DNA of 64,000 nucleotides from an uncultured Thermotogae bacterium (GTDB lineage Bacteria; Bipolaricaulota; Bipolaricaulia; UBA7950; UBA9294): NCBI GenBank assembly GCA_964570515.1, contig CAZMYM010000004.1, positions 15,937 to 79,936 of the forward strand, read 5' to 3'. Shown piece by piece: positions 61,709 to 64,000 of this stretch (position 1 is its first letter; each line of letters starts with the position of its first letter). The notes under the pieces were generated by a model. It saw only the letters and a program-made list of their open reading frames with translations, ran no database searches and was not told where the DNA came from. The position numbers and the translations under genes were made by a program.

Positions 61709-62725
61709 CTACTCGCCAGCTACGAGAACGACCTTCCCGGCATATCCGCCCTGCTCCATCAGTGTGTGAGCACGGGCGGGCTCAACCAACGGAATGCGCG
61801 CCGCCACGGTCGGCTTGATCTTGCCCGCCGCCAACAGGCCGATGAGCTCGCCCAGCACTTCTCGATATCCGGCGTTGTCTTTCGACAGATCGGGGGCGGA
61901 GGGCACGCGCTTGCCGTCCGGGATGAGCTTGAGTAGTCCGATCGCCAGCAGGGTGAATGGAATGACTCGTAGCCCCGCCTTCTTGGCCGCGGCAACGCCG
62001 AACCAGACCAGCCGGCCGCCCTTGCGCACGGCTTTGTAGGAACGCCAGACTTGCCTTGCGCCGCCGATCGGGTCGAACACGACATCTACGCCGTCACCGG
62101 TGAGGCTGCGGATGCGCTCGACGAAGTCCTCGTTCCGATAGTCGATCGGGGTGGCGCCGAGCGCGGCTACGAGTTCGTGGTTGTGCTTGGACGCGGTTCC
62201 GTACATCTCGAGTCCGGCCAGTTTCCCCAACTCGAGGAGCGCGGTCCCAACGCCACCCGCGGCACCGTGGATGAGGATGGATTCACCACTTTGTGCTTCG
62301 GCTGCTCGATGCAACATCACGTGTGCGGTGAGATAGTTCACCACCAGGCAGACGGCCTCCGCAGGATCGACACCTGTCGGTACCGGCACCCACTCACCGG
62401 CGGGCATGCAGACGTGCTCCGCGTAGCCGCCGCCAACGCCGAGAGAGAAGGTCGCGCCGGCAAGCATCTGGCCGACCTCGAGGGTCGACACTCCTTCGCC
62501 CAGCTTGTCCACCAGGCCGACAACATCCTCACCCAGGGTGAATGGCACGCGCGGCGTCCCAGGGAGCTTGCCTGAACGCCGGAACATGAGATCGTAGGCG
62601 GAGACTCCGGCGGCCAGGACCTTCACTCGAACCTCACCGGCCTTTGGCTCGGGAATGTCTTCCTCGATAACCTGAAGAACGTCAGGGCCTCCGTGCTTCG
62701 TCACGACAATTCGCCGATGTTTCAA
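61709..62725 (-). CDS. MDR-family quinone oxidoreductase (zeta-crystallin/VAT-1-like)
   Basis: VRVKVLAAGVSAYDL, IHGAAGGVGTALLELG, GYAGKVVLV. Confidence 0.85.
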   Translation of the reverse strand: MKHRRIVVTKHGGPDVLQVIEEDIPEPKAGEVRVKVLAAGVSAYDLMFRRSGKLPGTPRVPFTLGEDVVGLVDKLGEGVSTLEVGQMLAGATFSLGVGGGYAEHVCMPAGEWVPVPTGVDPAEAVCLVVNYLTAHVMLHRAAEAQSGESILIHGAAGGVGTALLELGKLAGLEMYGTASKHNHELVAALGATPIDYRNEDFVERIRSLTGDGVDVVFDPIGGARQVWRSYKAVRKGGRLVWFGVAAAKKAGLRVIPFTLLAIGLLKLIPDGKRVPSAPDLSKDNAGYREVLGELIGLLAAGKIKPTVAARIPLVEPARAHTLMEQGGYAGKVVLVAGE

Positions 62726-63246
62726 GTCAGCACCTCCCGATCTGCCTCGTCAGTCGTCCGAGATCATTGGCGGAGTTCCTCAGCAGTACGCCCCTGATCC
62801 ACTGCGACTCTCTACCCTAGCGGATAGATCTGCGATTGAACAACGCGAGCAAGGACTGCAAAGAGGGAGCAGGAGCTCGGATGCGTTCCGGGTTCTCCAA
62901 TCAGGATGAGGTGAGTGAACAGAGGACTACGGGATGGCGCCCAGGCCGCGGCTCGCTTGCGGTCGCGCGCTTCATCGCGCCGGCGTACACCTCCGCATGC
63001 CACATCTTCGTCTCGTCGTGAGTGAGACGCTCGAATCTTGCCTCCCGCACAGAGGACCGGATGTCCTCAGGACGCGAGAACCGAATCCAGCACGCAAGCG
63101 GAAACGAGGCGTGGCGCGGAGCTTGGAGCGAGGTGTCTCGTTGTGATGCACCTCCGCTTCTGGGTCTGCAAGGCTCCAGCAGTGGCTTGGCGGGAGCCGG
63201 TCGACTAGACTGGCGATCCAATACCGGTGGTCAAGGGGGAAATAAA

Positions 63247-63933
63247 ATGGATTCAAGCAGGAAGGTCGCGATCGCGGCGGGCGTGTTGTTCATCATCGCG
63301 ACGGTTGCCGGTGTGAGCCAATTCCCATTCTTGAGAGCTCTCAATGCGCCGGATTACCTGAGCAGCGTTTCCGCGCATGGGAGCCAAGTGATGACGGCTG
63401 TGCTTCTCGACCTGATCATGATCGGCGCGGTCTTCGCGATTCCGGTCGTGATGTTCCCAATTCTGAAGAAGCACAGCGAAGGCCTAGCTCGCGGGTATGT
63501 CGTGGCCCGGATCTTCGAAGCTGCACCACTCGTTGTCGGTGTATTCAGCACGATCGCGCTACTGACGTTGAGCCAGGAGTTCGTCGCGGCTGGCGCGCCG
63601 GACACCTCCACCTATCAAACGCTCGGCGCCCTGCTGCTTGCCACATCTGATTGGACACTGCTGATCGGAGGGCAAGTCATTCTCAGCTTATCGGCTCTGG
63701 TTCTGAACTACGGCCTATACCGATCAAGGCTCGTCCCACGATTCATCTCAGGCTGGGGCTTGATTGGAGTCCCACTGATGTTCGCATCAGGCTTGGTGGT
63801 CATGTTCGGCCTCGCGGAGTCCTCCTCAACGATCGCGACGGCTCTGGTTGTCCCCTTGGCCGTGCAGGAGATGGTCTTCGCGGTATGGCTGATCGTCAAG
63901 GGGTTCAACCCGCCTGCGCTCGCTTCCGGGTGA
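63247..63933 (+). CDS. DUF4386-like integral membrane protein
   Basis: Start MDSSRKVAIAAGVLFIIATVAG. About 6 TM segments. ALVLNYGLYRSRLVPRFISGWGLIG is typical of this family. Confidence 0.6.
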   Translation: MDSSRKVAIAAGVLFIIATVAGVSQFPFLRALNAPDYLSSVSAHGSQVMTAVLLDLIMIGAVFAIPVVMFPILKKHSEGLARGYVVARIFEAAPLVVGVFSTIALLTLSQEFVAAGAPDTSTYQTLGALLLATSDWTLLIGGQVILSLSALVLNYGLYRSRLVPRFISGWGLIGVPLMFASGLVVMFGLAESSSTIATALVVPLAVQEMVFAVWLIVKGFNPPALASG

Positions 63934-64000
63934 CATCTCCGCCCCCGGAATTCGACATCGGGGCGGCGGGGCAACCTTGGCAGTGTACGAGCCGTTCCCC

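Overview
High-GC (about 62-66% by hand count of sample lines) bacterial chromosomal window, strongly Shine-Dalgarno-driven. The gene content (F420 ligase-like, DinB, GEVED, clostripain, B12-radical-SAM/DUF4070, many MDR quinone oxidoreductases) suggests Chloroflexota or Actinomycetota, but that is only inference. The housekeeping and metabolic backbone includes panB, maf, fpg/nei, trmO, a DEAD-box helicase, ABC and MFS transporters, a PLP decarboxylase and an ArsR-controlled thiol-redox/permease operon. It is interrupted by accessory patches. (i) At 9.0-14.3 kb: a TM-CBS protein, an alpha/beta-hydrolase, a TIR-domain protein and a tail-fibre-like S74 protein, plus a ghost 3' end of a second hydrolase. 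(ii) At 50.5-59.4 kb: hicB with a frameshifted hicA, then a visibly AT-richer island (52.1-58.1 kb), then a qor remnant and an abrB/relE pair. The island carries a tightly coupled three-gene operon: a 72-aa TM protein, a 1265-aa helical-repeat protein with a possible PIN-like core, and a 646-aa protein with no recognisable domain. This operon is my best candidate for an undescribed conflict/defence system. Gene decay and rearrangement scars are unusually dense: ada with an in-frame TAG, a 5'-truncated glnA, a broken CPBP protease, a truncated FMN reductase, qor fragments, and a radical-SAM gene with ACG at its start position. A short dispersed repeat (GGGTCARGTCTTNTTCTTGA-like) sits at many module junctions. 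I saw no rRNA, tRNA, CRISPR array, transposase or integrase. Many long ORFs in the supplied track are antisense high-GC artefacts, and one real gene (1..1315, minus strand) is missing from the track because it runs off the window edge.
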